This document shows positions 1 to 7,977 of a stretch of DNA of 64,000 bases, piece by piece. The stretch is from assembly GCA_029946105.1 (NCBI GenBank), contig JAQSDW010000202.1, positions 8,645 to 72,644 of the forward strand, in the 5' to 3' direction. A program made the translations under genes and the position numbers. Position 1 is the stretch's first letter; each line of letters opens with the position of its first letter. The notes below the pieces were generated by a model. That model was not told the DNA's origin. It saw only the letters and a list, made by a program, of their open reading frames with translations, and did not search any database. The stretch is from Reyranella sp. (GTDB lineage Bacteria; Pseudomonadota; Alphaproteobacteria; Reyranellales; Reyranellaceae).

Positions 1-584
1 CCCGCCTTGACGCCCATGGTGAAGACCTCGGCCAGCGCCAGGTTCATGGCGTAGCCGGCACAATTGTGCACCAGCTTGGCCACGGTCGCCTGGCCGATCG
101 GCCCGACATAGCGCGCCTGATCGCCCATCGCGCCCAGCACTGATTTGAACTTCTCGAACACGTCCTTGTCGCCGCCGACCCAAATCGCGAGCTTGCCGGT
201 CTTGGCGCCGCGCGGCCCGCCGCTCACCGGCGCGTCGAGCATATGCGCGCCCTTCTCGGCGAAGGCGGCGGCGATCTTGCGCACCGTGGCGCGCGAGTTG
301 GTCGACAGATCGAAATAAGCGCCGCCGCGCTTCATGCCGGCCAGGATGCCGTTGGGACCGAGCGCCACCGCCTCGACCTCGGGCGGGCCGGGCAGGGAGG
401 TGAAGACCACGTCCGAGTTCCGTGCGACCTCGGCGGGCGAGTCGGCCCAGATCGCGCCGGCTTCGATATGGCCGTCGGCCGCGGCGCGCCTGGCGTCGTG
501 AACCGTGACCTTGTGCTGGGCCTTCTGAAGATTGGCGGCGAGACTCGCCCCCATGATGCCGAGGCCGATGAATCCCACTCGCAT
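1..584 (-). CDS. NAD(P)-dependent oxidoreductase, 3-hydroxyisobutyrate/6-phosphogluconate dehydrogenase family (3' end outside window)
   Basis: Manual translation from ATG at 584: MRVGFIGLGIMGASLAANLQKAQHKV (Rossmann GxGxxG), later DAPVSGG; RBS GGAGG at 594-598 on the minus strand. Not in the ORF track because it is truncated. Confidence 0.9.
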   Translation of the reverse strand, partial: MRVGFIGLGIMGASLAANLQKAQHKVTVHDARRAAADGHIEAGAIWADSPAEVARNSDVVFTSLPGPPEVEAVALGPNGILAGMKRGGAYFDLSTNSRATVRKIAAAFAEKGAHMLDAPVSGGPRGAKTGKLAIWVGGDKDVFEKFKSVLGAMGDQARYVGPIGQATVAKLVHNCAGYAMNLALAEVFTMGVKA

Positions 585-648
585 GATCTGTCTCCTCCAA
601 TGATTTTTCTTTCCGTGATTTTTCTTTGATCGCCGCCGTCCGCAGCGC

Positions 649-1392
649 CTACCGCGCCACCCACGACGCGTAGTCGCGGGCCACTTCCTCGACGGCGGTG
701 TCGTAGAAGCGCTTGCCGTGCTCGGGCGTCGCCTGGCTCGGATCGGAGCCGATGCGGCCATCCGGGAAGGCGCGGCGATAATCCTCGGCATCGGCGAACG
801 AGCCGTTGGGCGCGATGCGCGGCTCGAGCTGCCGGCGGTCCATGGTCTCGGGATATTTGTACCAGGTGAGCGCCACTTCCGAGGCGGTGGCATGGCTGCC
901 TTCGCCGGTGGGATAGAGTTCCCGGCTCAGCTGCTTGATGCCGGCGCCGTCCCACCAGTTGCGCAGCGCACATTTGACCGACGGCTGGTTCGACATCCGC
1001 TCCATCGAGCGCTCGGCGTAGATTTCCGAGAACGCCGCCGTCACCGTGGCGATGTTGCCGCCGTGGCCATTCACAAAAAAGAAGCGGGTGAAACCGTGCC
1101 GCGCCAGCGAGACCACGGTGTCGCGCACCACGGCGATTAGCGTGGTCGGCTTCAGCGTGATCGAGCCGGCGAAGTCGAGATGGTGCTGCGCCATGCCGAC
1201 GGAGATGGTGGGCGCCACCAGCGCGCCGACCTTCTCGCCGGCGCCGCGGCCGATCATCTCGGCGGTGAGCGCGTCGGTCCCGATCAGGCCCGTGGGACCA
1301 TGCTGCTCGGTCGAACCGATCGGGATGATGATGCCGGTCTTGGTTTTTAGATAGTCCTCGACGAACTGCCAGGGTTTTAGCTGAAGCTGCAC
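649..1392 (-). CDS. Creatininase family protein
   Basis: Motifs PIGSTEQHG, TDA, NGHGGN, GSHA..SE typical of creatinine amidohydrolase family. Confidence 0.88.
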   Translation of the reverse strand: MQLQLKPWQFVEDYLKTKTGIIIPIGSTEQHGPTGLIGTDALTAEMIGRGAGEKVGALVAPTISVGMAQHHLDFAGSITLKPTTLIAVVRDTVVSLARHGFTRFFFVNGHGGNIATVTAAFSEIYAERSMERMSNQPSVKCALRNWWDGAGIKQLSRELYPTGEGSHATASEVALTWYKYPETMDRRQLEPRIAPNGSFADAEDYRRAFPDGRIGSDPSQATPEHGKRFYDTAVEEVARDYASWVAR

Positions 1393-1467
1393 GAAGCGAT
1401 TCTCCTTTGGATTCTCCGCAGGATGCGTCGCTTCATGCAGCGGGGCAAGGCAGGCCCGTAGAGCGGT

Positions 1468-2088
1468 TCAGCCAGCCGCCACCTTGGCGGCGAGGCGTTT
1501 GCGGTCGAGGTCGGCCAGCGCCTTGTCGCGGGCGTCGGTCAGCTGCTTGACCTCGATCGTGCAGATCTCGCGGTTGGTCGAACTGCACCGGCCCTGGATC
1601 AGTTTGATCTCGGCGGCGGCCCCTGCCCCGAGCCGGGTCTTGATGCCGGCGAAGTGCGCATCGCGCGTATCGTCGCTGGGGAAACTTGCCGGCGTCAGCA
1701 CGACCAGGACGCGGTCGGGATACTTGTTGTTGGCGCCCGAGGCCGCGTCGACGATGATGCCGACCATGCCGCCCATCAGGATGTTGCCCACGGTGGCGCC
1801 GGTGAAGCTCGACACCAGGACTTCGTTGGATTGCTCGTAGCCGTCGCGCGTGCAGCTCACGATCATCGTCTCCTTGGAGCGCGAGACGCTGACCCGGCCG
1901 GGCGTCGGATTGACCACGGCGACATTGGCACCCTGGCGATCGACCTTGCAGGTGGCGCCTGTCGGCTCCGATTCGATGAAGACTTCCTGTGTCGTGCCGC
2001 CGACCACCGTCGCGCAGGCCGAACATGTAAGCGCCAGGCCGACAAGCATCGCCAGGCGGCCATGAGCCGCCAATCCCAGGTCATTCAT
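1468..2088 (-). CDS. Hypothetical lipoprotein (PEGA-like N-terminal part)
   Basis: Signal peptide/lipobox (LTCSAC), C-A-T-V-V-G-G-T-T-Q start, GNILMGG.VG..VDAASGA glycine-zipper-like motif. Confidence 0.7.
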   Translation of the reverse strand: MNDLGLAAHGRLAMLVGLALTCSACATVVGGTTQEVFIESEPTGATCKVDRQGANVAVVNPTPGRVSVSRSKETMIVSCTRDGYEQSNEVLVSSFTGATVGNILMGGMVGIIVDAASGANNKYPDRVLVVLTPASFPSDDTRDAHFAGIKTRLGAGAAAEIKLIQGRCSSTNREICTIEVKQLTDARDKALADLDRKRLAAKVAAG

Positions 2089-2188
2089 TGTTTTATCTCC
2101 CCCCGCCGGAAGGTCCGGCGCGGGAAATCTACTATGACGTGCAGCATCCGGGGAAACGCAACTTCATGCAGCGTAGCTGCGAGATGCG

Positions 2189-3370
2189 TCAGGCCAGCGG
2201 TTCACCGAGATCGCCTTCGCTGTTGATCAGCAGCACGCGCGACGAGGCCCCAAGTCCCAGCGCCTTGAAGGCGGTCTGGTCGGCGCAGACCCGCATGAGT
2301 CCGGCCAGGCCGGCGCAACCCGAAGGGCCAGACGTGATCGCCGGATCGCTTTTCAGCGGCCCGGCGAACAGGCGACGTGTCGGCACGACCTGGTCTTCCG
2401 CGATGGTCATGAACCAGTCGGCGCCGAGGCCGATCACCGGCCAGGTGACGGGCGAGATCTCGCGGCACGCCAGTCCGCCCATCACCGTGTCGGCGTTGCC
2501 GCTGGCGAGCGCCGGCTTGCCCAAAAGATTGCTCTGGAACCAGCAGTCGGCGCTTTCGGGTTCGACGACGATGAAGACGGGGCGCGGCTCGTAGCGTGCC
2601 CACAGATAGCCGAAGACCGCGGCCGCGAGGCCGCCGACGCCCGCCTGGACGAAGACATGCGTCGGTCCCGGCGGCCATTGCTGGATGATCTCCTCGACCA
2701 GCACGGTGTAGCCGCGCATCACGCTGCGCGGGATCTGCTCGTAGCCCTCCCACGAGGTGTCGGAGATGATCGTCCAGCGATTGGCCTCGGCCTGGCGCCG
2801 GCATTCGGCGACGGCGGTGTCGTAATCGCCGTCGACGCGGATCACCTCGGCGCCACGGGCACGGATCGCCGCCTCTTTGTCGGCGGATGTGAACTTCGGC
2901 AGGAAGATCACACAGCGATTGCCGAACAGTTTGGCGCCGGCCGCGACCGAGCGGCCATGGTTGCCCGAGCTGGCGGTGGTGAAGACATAGCCGGACGTGA
3001 TCTCGGGATGCTCGCGCTTCATCAGGGCGGCGAAAGTCGTGCTGGAGTGATAGGCGTCGCCCACGGCGCTCGACAGCACGCTGTAGACGGCGAGCACGCC
3101 GCCCAGCGCCTTGAAGGCACCGAAGCCGAAGCGCTGGCTCTCGTCCTTGACCCGGATCTCGCCCACCCCCAGCCGCCCGGCCAGCGCCGGCAGCGCATGC
3201 AGCGGCGTCACTTTGTGGGCGGGGCACTGGCCCAGCTCCTCCAGGAGCTCGGGAACGCCGTTGGGATTGACCACGAACTGCTGGTCTCGGCCGAACGGGA
3301 GGTTGTGCCCACTGCTGGGGTGTCGCGCGCGCGGATTGGCCGCCAGCCACGGGAGGGAGGGGGTCGTCAT
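2189..3370 (-). CDS. Diaminopropionate ammonia-lyase (PLP)
   Basis: VKDESQRFGFGAFKALGG (PLP lysine), TASSGNHG, ISDTSWEGY, QAGVGG motifs; start moved to ATG 3370. Confidence 0.88.
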   Translation of the reverse strand: MTTPSLPWLAANPRARHPSSGHNLPFGRDQQFVVNPNGVPELLEELGQCPAHKVTPLHALPALAGRLGVGEIRVKDESQRFGFGAFKALGGVLAVYSVLSSAVGDAYHSSTTFAALMKREHPEITSGYVFTTASSGNHGRSVAAGAKLFGNRCVIFLPKFTSADKEAAIRARGAEVIRVDGDYDTAVAECRRQAEANRWTIISDTSWEGYEQIPRSVMRGYTVLVEEIIQQWPPGPTHVFVQAGVGGLAAAVFGYLWARYEPRPVFIVVEPESADCWFQSNLLGKPALASGNADTVMGGLACREISPVTWPVIGLGADWFMTIAEDQVVPTRRLFAGPLKSDPAITSGPSGCAGLAGLMRVCADQTAFKALGLGASSRVLLINSEGDLGEPLA

Positions 3371-3428
3371 AAGGGGGTCATAGCATGCTAAAGTCGGGGA
3401 AACGGAGAGCCCGCACGGAGAGCCCGCC

Positions 3429-3686
3429 ATGAAAGTGAACGTCGAAGTGACCTGCAGCCCCGAGGAAGCGCGCGCCTTCTTCGGCCTGCCCGACATCAAG
3501 CCGATGCAGGACCGCATCATGGGCGAGATCGAGGAGCGGCTGAAATCCAGCCTCAACTCTATGAACCCGGAGCAGGTGTTCAAGACCTGGCTGCCGGCCT
3601 CGATGCAGGGCGTCGAACAGATGCAGCAGATGCAGCAGGTGTTCTGGCAGCAGCTCGCCGGCATCGCTTCCGGCAAGAAGGGCTGA
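3429..3686 (+). CDS. Small conserved protein (DUF6489-like)
   Basis: MKVNVEVTCSPEEARAFFGLPD signature, Q/M-rich C-terminus. Confidence 0.65.
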   Translation: MKVNVEVTCSPEEARAFFGLPDIKPMQDRIMGEIEERLKSSLNSMNPEQVFKTWLPASMQGVEQMQQMQQVFWQQLAGIASGKKG

Positions 3687-3693
3687 GCGGGCG

Positions 3694-4071
3694 ATGAGCG
3701 ATCGCGAGAAATCGACAGATCCTGCGCCCTACTACGAGGCCCATGTCTTCTGCTGCACCAACCGCCGGCCGGCCGGCCATCCGCGCGGCTGCTGCGCCGA
3801 GCGCGGCGGCGAGGCGCTGCGCGACCACATGAAGAACAAGGCCAAGGAGCTCGGCCTCAAGAACGTGCGCATCAACAGCGCGGGCTGTCTCGATCGCTGC
3901 GAGCTCGGGCCGACGATGGTGATCTATCCCGAAGGCGTCTGGTATTCCGTGCCGACCCGGGAAGACATCGACGAGGTGCTGCAGACGCACCTGGTCAAGG
4001 GCGGGCGGGTCGAGCGGCTGCTGCTGCAGACGGCGGACAAGCTGCCGGCGGACCGCGCCCGAAACGCGTGA
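3694..4071 (+). CDS. Thioredoxin-like (2Fe-2S) ferredoxin
   Basis: HVFCCTN..RP.GHPRGCC, SAGCLDRCELGP.MVIYPEGVWY. Confidence 0.9.
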   Translation: MSDREKSTDPAPYYEAHVFCCTNRRPAGHPRGCCAERGGEALRDHMKNKAKELGLKNVRINSAGCLDRCELGPTMVIYPEGVWYSVPTREDIDEVLQTHLVKGGRVERLLLQTADKLPADRARNA

Positions 4072-4165
4072 GCTGAAGCTGTCGCCATGTTGGTCCGCTG
4101 CCCGGTTTGCGGCGCGGCGTTCACGCGCAGTCCCGAAAGCACGTACTGAAACGGAGCGACTTGGA

Positions 4166-5074
4166 ATGGATTCGACGAAGACCACCGGCACCACGGGCGC
4201 ATCGCCCGCCGCGATCCAGGCGCACTACGACGTCGGCAACGAGTTCTACCGGCTGTGGCTCGACGAGACGATGACCTACTCGTCGGCCTTGTGGCGCGAC
4301 GAGAACGACACGGCGTCGCTGGCCGAAGCCCAGCAGCGCAAGCTTGTCTGGCATCTAAAACATTCCGGCGCCGACCGGGCGACGTCGGTGCTCGATATCG
4401 GCTGCGGATGGGGTGCCATGCTGCGCGCCGCCGTTCGCACCAGGGCCGACGGCGCCGCGCCGCTGGCGCGTGGCGTCGGCCTGACGCTGAGCGAAGCCCA
4501 GGCCGCCCTGGCGCGCAGCCTGACGGCGAGCGACCAGACGATTCCCCCGGAATCGTCCCTCGAGTTCCGCCTCGAAAGCTGGGCCGATCACCAGCCGGCC
4601 AAGCCGTACGGCGCCATCATCTCGGTCGGCGCCTTCGAGCATTTCACCAAGCCGGCCGACGATGCGCCCGCCAAGATCGCGATCTACCGTGCGTTCTTCA
4701 CGAAGTGCCGCGACATGCTGGCGCCCGGGGGGCGCATGAGCCTGCAGACCATCGCCTACGGCGACCCTGAAGACGCGGTGCCCGCCGGACCGCTGGTCGA
4801 GGATATTTTCCCCGAGTCGGAACTGCCGCGGCTGCCGGAAATCATCCTCGCCGCCAACGGGCTTTTCGAGATCGAACTATATCGCAACGACCGGACGGAC
4901 TATGGCCGGACCTGCGAGATCTGGGCCGCCAACCTCAAGGCCCAGAAGGCCAGGGCGATCGAAATGGTCGGCAAGGAACAGACGCGGCGCTACGAGCGTT
5001 ATCTCAAGTTCGCCGCCTGGGGGTTCTTCTCCCACCGCCTGCATCTCTTGCGCTTCCGGATGAAGCGCCGCTAG
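4166..5074 (+). CDS. Cyclopropane-fatty-acyl/mycolic-acid synthase family SAM methyltransferase
   Basis: IQAHYDVGNEFYRLWLDETMTYSSA, VLDIGCGWG, ISVGAFEHF, DIFP. Confidence 0.85.
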   Translation: MDSTKTTGTTGASPAAIQAHYDVGNEFYRLWLDETMTYSSALWRDENDTASLAEAQQRKLVWHLKHSGADRATSVLDIGCGWGAMLRAAVRTRADGAAPLARGVGLTLSEAQAALARSLTASDQTIPPESSLEFRLESWADHQPAKPYGAIISVGAFEHFTKPADDAPAKIAIYRAFFTKCRDMLAPGGRMSLQTIAYGDPEDAVPAGPLVEDIFPESELPRLPEIILAANGLFEIELYRNDRTDYGRTCEIWAANLKAQKARAIEMVGKEQTRRYERYLKFAAWGFFSHRLHLLRFRMKRR

Positions 5075-5128
5075 GTTTGGCGTTACCACACGAGCGTTTC
5101 TTCAGAGCAATGGGGAATCACCCGCAAC

Positions 5129-5926
5129 ATGAAAGCAGATCAGTCGCACGGCGTCGGGCAAAAAGGCCGCTTCTATTTCACGAAGCATTTGTGGGTGCCC
5201 CAGGAGCCTCTTGAGAAGCTCAACCTCAAGATGTCGGACATGATCCTGCGCAGCATGCCCAAGCTGCCGTTGAGCGGCGACAAGGCGCTCGCGGCCTTTC
5301 CGGTCCTGGCCGAGCTCCAGAAAAGCCACGACAAGATCAAGGCGGATCTCCGCTATCTGCTCGCCCATCACGAGGAAATACCGGCGTTGCACGAAATCCA
5401 TCCGCGCGACCTCTTCGTGCCGGGGCGCGCCTGGCGCACCTTCATCCTCAAGATCTATGGCCACGAGATCGAGAAGAACACCGCCGCGGTCCCCGACACG
5501 ATCGCGGCCATCAACCGGATTCCCGGCGTGCACTCGGCGCTCTTCAGCATCCTCCAGGGCCGCGCCGAGATCGAGCCGCACCGGGGCTCGGCCGCTGGCG
5601 TGATCCGCTTTCACTATCCGCTGATCGTGCCGGACGAGCCGGAAAAATGCTGGATCGAGATCGGCGGCCATCACTTCCATTGGGAGGAAGGCGTCCCCCT
5701 GGTGTTCGACGACACGCGCGAGCACTGGGTCAAGAACCAGACCGACGAGACGCGCGTGGTGCTGATCATCGACTTCAACGCGGCCATGCCGTTTCCGGTG
5801 AACATCTACACCGGCCTGCGCTACGAGCTCGGGCGGCGCAGCGCCGAGGTCAAGGCGATCTACGAACGCGCCGCTATCGACGTGCCGGTACGTGCGACGG
5901 ATGTTGAAATGGCGCGCTCGACCTGA
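5129..5926 (+). CDS. Aspartyl/asparaginyl beta-hydroxylase domain protein (LpxO-like Fe/2OG dioxygenase)
   Basis: SALFSIL...IEPHRG, R.HYPLIVP, WEEG..LVFDDT.EH.V.N. Confidence 0.85.
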   Translation: MKADQSHGVGQKGRFYFTKHLWVPQEPLEKLNLKMSDMILRSMPKLPLSGDKALAAFPVLAELQKSHDKIKADLRYLLAHHEEIPALHEIHPRDLFVPGRAWRTFILKIYGHEIEKNTAAVPDTIAAINRIPGVHSALFSILQGRAEIEPHRGSAAGVIRFHYPLIVPDEPEKCWIEIGGHHFHWEEGVPLVFDDTREHWVKNQTDETRVVLIIDFNAAMPFPVNIYTGLRYELGRRSAEVKAIYERAAIDVPVRATDVEMARST

Positions 5927-5953
5927 CGACCTGCGCTCGCAGAGGAGGTTCAC

Positions 5954-6862
5954 TTGCTCGACCAGCCGCATGAAACCGTTACCCCCGTACTGACCCAGGG
6001 CGAGATCGACCGCCGCGTCTTCGAGCTCTACGACGAATACTGCCACGGCGGCATGGACCGCCGCACGTTCCTGCAGCGCGCCGCCGCGGTGACGGTGGGC
6101 GGCCTCGCCATGGCGCAGGCGCTGTTCCCGCGCTACGCCGACGCCCAGACGGTCTCCTTCACCGATCCCAGGATCAAGGCCAGGTACGTCACTTGGCCGT
6201 CGCCGGGTGGCACGTCCGGCACCATGCGCGGCTATCTGGTGCAGCCGACCGGCGCAGGCCCGTTCCCTTCGGTGCTCGTGGTCCATGAGAACCGCGGCCT
6301 CAATCCCTACATCGAGGACGTGGCCCGACGCGCAGCGCTTGAAGGCTTCCTCGCCCTGGCGCCCGATGGCCTGTTTCCGGTCGGCGGCTATCCCGGCAAC
6401 GACGACGATGGCCGCACGCTGCAGGCCGGCCTCGACGCGGCCAAGCTGCGCACCGATATGCTGAACAGCGCGCGCTGGCTGAAGACGAACGCGCTCTCGA
6501 CCGGCAAGCTCGGCGTCACTGGATTCTGCTGGGGCGGCGGCGCCACCAATTTCCTCGCAGCCACCCTCGGCGCCGACATGAACGCGGGCGTGCCGTTCTA
6601 TGGCGCCGCGCCCGAGACCGCCTCTGTACCGAACATCAAGGCCGCGCTGCTGGTCCAGTACGCCCAGGACGACGAGCGCATCAACGCCATGTGGCCCGCC
6701 TTCGAGGCGGCGCTGAAGGCCGGCGGCAAGTCCTACGAGATGTTCATCTATCCCGGCACCCAGCACGGCTTTCACAACAATTCGACGCCACGCTACAACG
6801 AGGCCCAGGCCAAAATCGCCTGGGACCGCACGATCGCCTTCTTCAGGAAGAACCTCGCCTGA
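5954..6862 (+). CDS. Dienelactone hydrolase family protein (YghX-like, Tat-type signal)
   Basis: YDEYCHGGMDRRTFL, VVHENRGLNPYIEDVARR, GFCWGGG, YPGTQHGFHN. Confidence 0.9.
   Translation: MLDQPHETVTPVLTQGEIDRRVFELYDEYCHGGMDRRTFLQRAAAVTVGGLAMAQALFPRYADAQTVSFTDPRIKARYVTWPSPGGTSGTMRGYLVQPTGAGPFPSVLVVHENRGLNPYIEDVARRAALEGFLALAPDGLFPVGGYPGNDDDGRTLQAGLDAAKLRTDMLNSARWLKTNALSTGKLGVTGFCWGGGATNFLAATLGADMNAGVPFYGAAPETASVPNIKAALLVQYAQDDERINAMWPAFEAALKAGGKSYEMFIYPGTQHGFHNNSTPRYNEAQAKIAWDRTIAFFRKNLA
6804..6859 (+). repeat. Copy A of a degenerate 56-bp direct repeat (3' end of the dienelactone hydrolase gene)
   Basis: Matches 11504-11559 ungapped at 48/56 positions (manual count). Confidence 0.8.
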
Positions 6863-6885
6863 GGGCGGAGCCCTGGATTCGGATT

Positions 6886-6925
6886 GAGACGTGGAGACGT
6901 GGAGACGGGGAGGCGGGGAGGCGGG
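6886..6925 (+). repeat. Five degenerate 8-bp tandem units (GAGACGTG x2, GAGACGGG, GAGGCGGG x2)
   Basis: Read directly from the sequence. Confidence 0.8.
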
Positions 6926-6994
6926 GACGGTCGGGAGTGAATTGATCGTTCTTCCGGAACTTCTGGCGGTCAGCGCCGTTGTCATTGCGGAGAC

Positions 6995-7852
6995 ATGCGG
7001 CATGGCAGGAAGGTCACTCCCCAGATGGATGCTATCGAGCGTAGCCGGCTGTGGGAGATTTTCGTCGACGGACTGCCCGATTTTGCGATGATTCTTCTCG
7101 ACGCGGACGGGAAGATCCTGAGCTGGAACACGGGCGCGGCAAAAATGCTGGGCTATGCGACCGACGGGATCATCGGCCGGAACTTCTCCTGCCTCTACAC
7201 GGACGAGGACAAAGCGGCAGGCAAGCCCGCGGTGTCGTTGAAGGACGCTGTCGCATACGGTCAGCATAGGGAGAATGGGCGCCGCGTCCGCCAGAATGGC
7301 ACGCAGCTTGAAGCACAAGGCACGTTGATCCCGCTCTACGACGCGCAGAAGAGCCTCCTCGGTTTCGGCAGCCTGACGCGGGATGCCCTGACGCGGGATG
7401 CCCTGACGCGGGATGCAATGAACCTGCCGCGGGCTGCGGTAGCTCTTGCGCAGTCTGCCCCGAGCAACGTGGTTTCCCTGGCCGGTCCGAAGAAAATCCT
7501 GATGGTCGACGACAATGCCGAGATCCTCGAGGCCCTCGGGCTTCAGCTCACGAGCCTCGGCTACCAGGTGATCGCGGCCGCCAATGGGGCGGAGGCCCTC
7601 GAAATCCTGGCCCGCGTCGCCGACATAGACCTCCTGTTCACCGACGTCGTCATGCCCGGTGGCATGAATGGCAGCCAGTTGGCCACGGAGGCCCGCTCCC
7701 TTCGGCCTGGCCTGAAGGTCCTGTTCACCTCCGGCTACTTCCAGGGAGCGTTGGTGCAGAACCGCACCATCGACGCGAATGTCCGGGTGCTAGCGAAGCC
7801 CTATCGCAAGCAGGAACTCGCCAAGCGTGTCGGCGAGGCGCTGTCGGGCTAG
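6995..7852 (+). CDS. PAS + receiver-domain protein with no kinase domains
   Basis: N-terminal PAS (ILSWNTGAAKMLGY...NFSCLYT), C-terminal REC (ILMVDDN, LLFTDVVMPGGMNG, LAKPY); 15-bp triplication at 7372-7416. Confidence 0.8.
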   Translation: MRHGRKVTPQMDAIERSRLWEIFVDGLPDFAMILLDADGKILSWNTGAAKMLGYATDGIIGRNFSCLYTDEDKAAGKPAVSLKDAVAYGQHRENGRRVRQNGTQLEAQGTLIPLYDAQKSLLGFGSLTRDALTRDALTRDAMNLPRAAVALAQSAPSNVVSLAGPKKILMVDDNAEILEALGLQLTSLGYQVIAAANGAEALEILARVADIDLLFTDVVMPGGMNGSQLATEARSLRPGLKVLFTSGYFQGALVQNRTIDANVRVLAKPYRKQELAKRVGEALSG

Positions 7853-7977
7853 CTGGGCGCACGTCGCGTACGGCGCGACAAGCGGCAGGCGCAGGGCGAC
7901 AGCGATTTCCCGCGGGGGCAGGGCTCGGAGGCCAGGATCGTCGATGCAATGGTAATCAACCCGTCCGCCGACAATCG

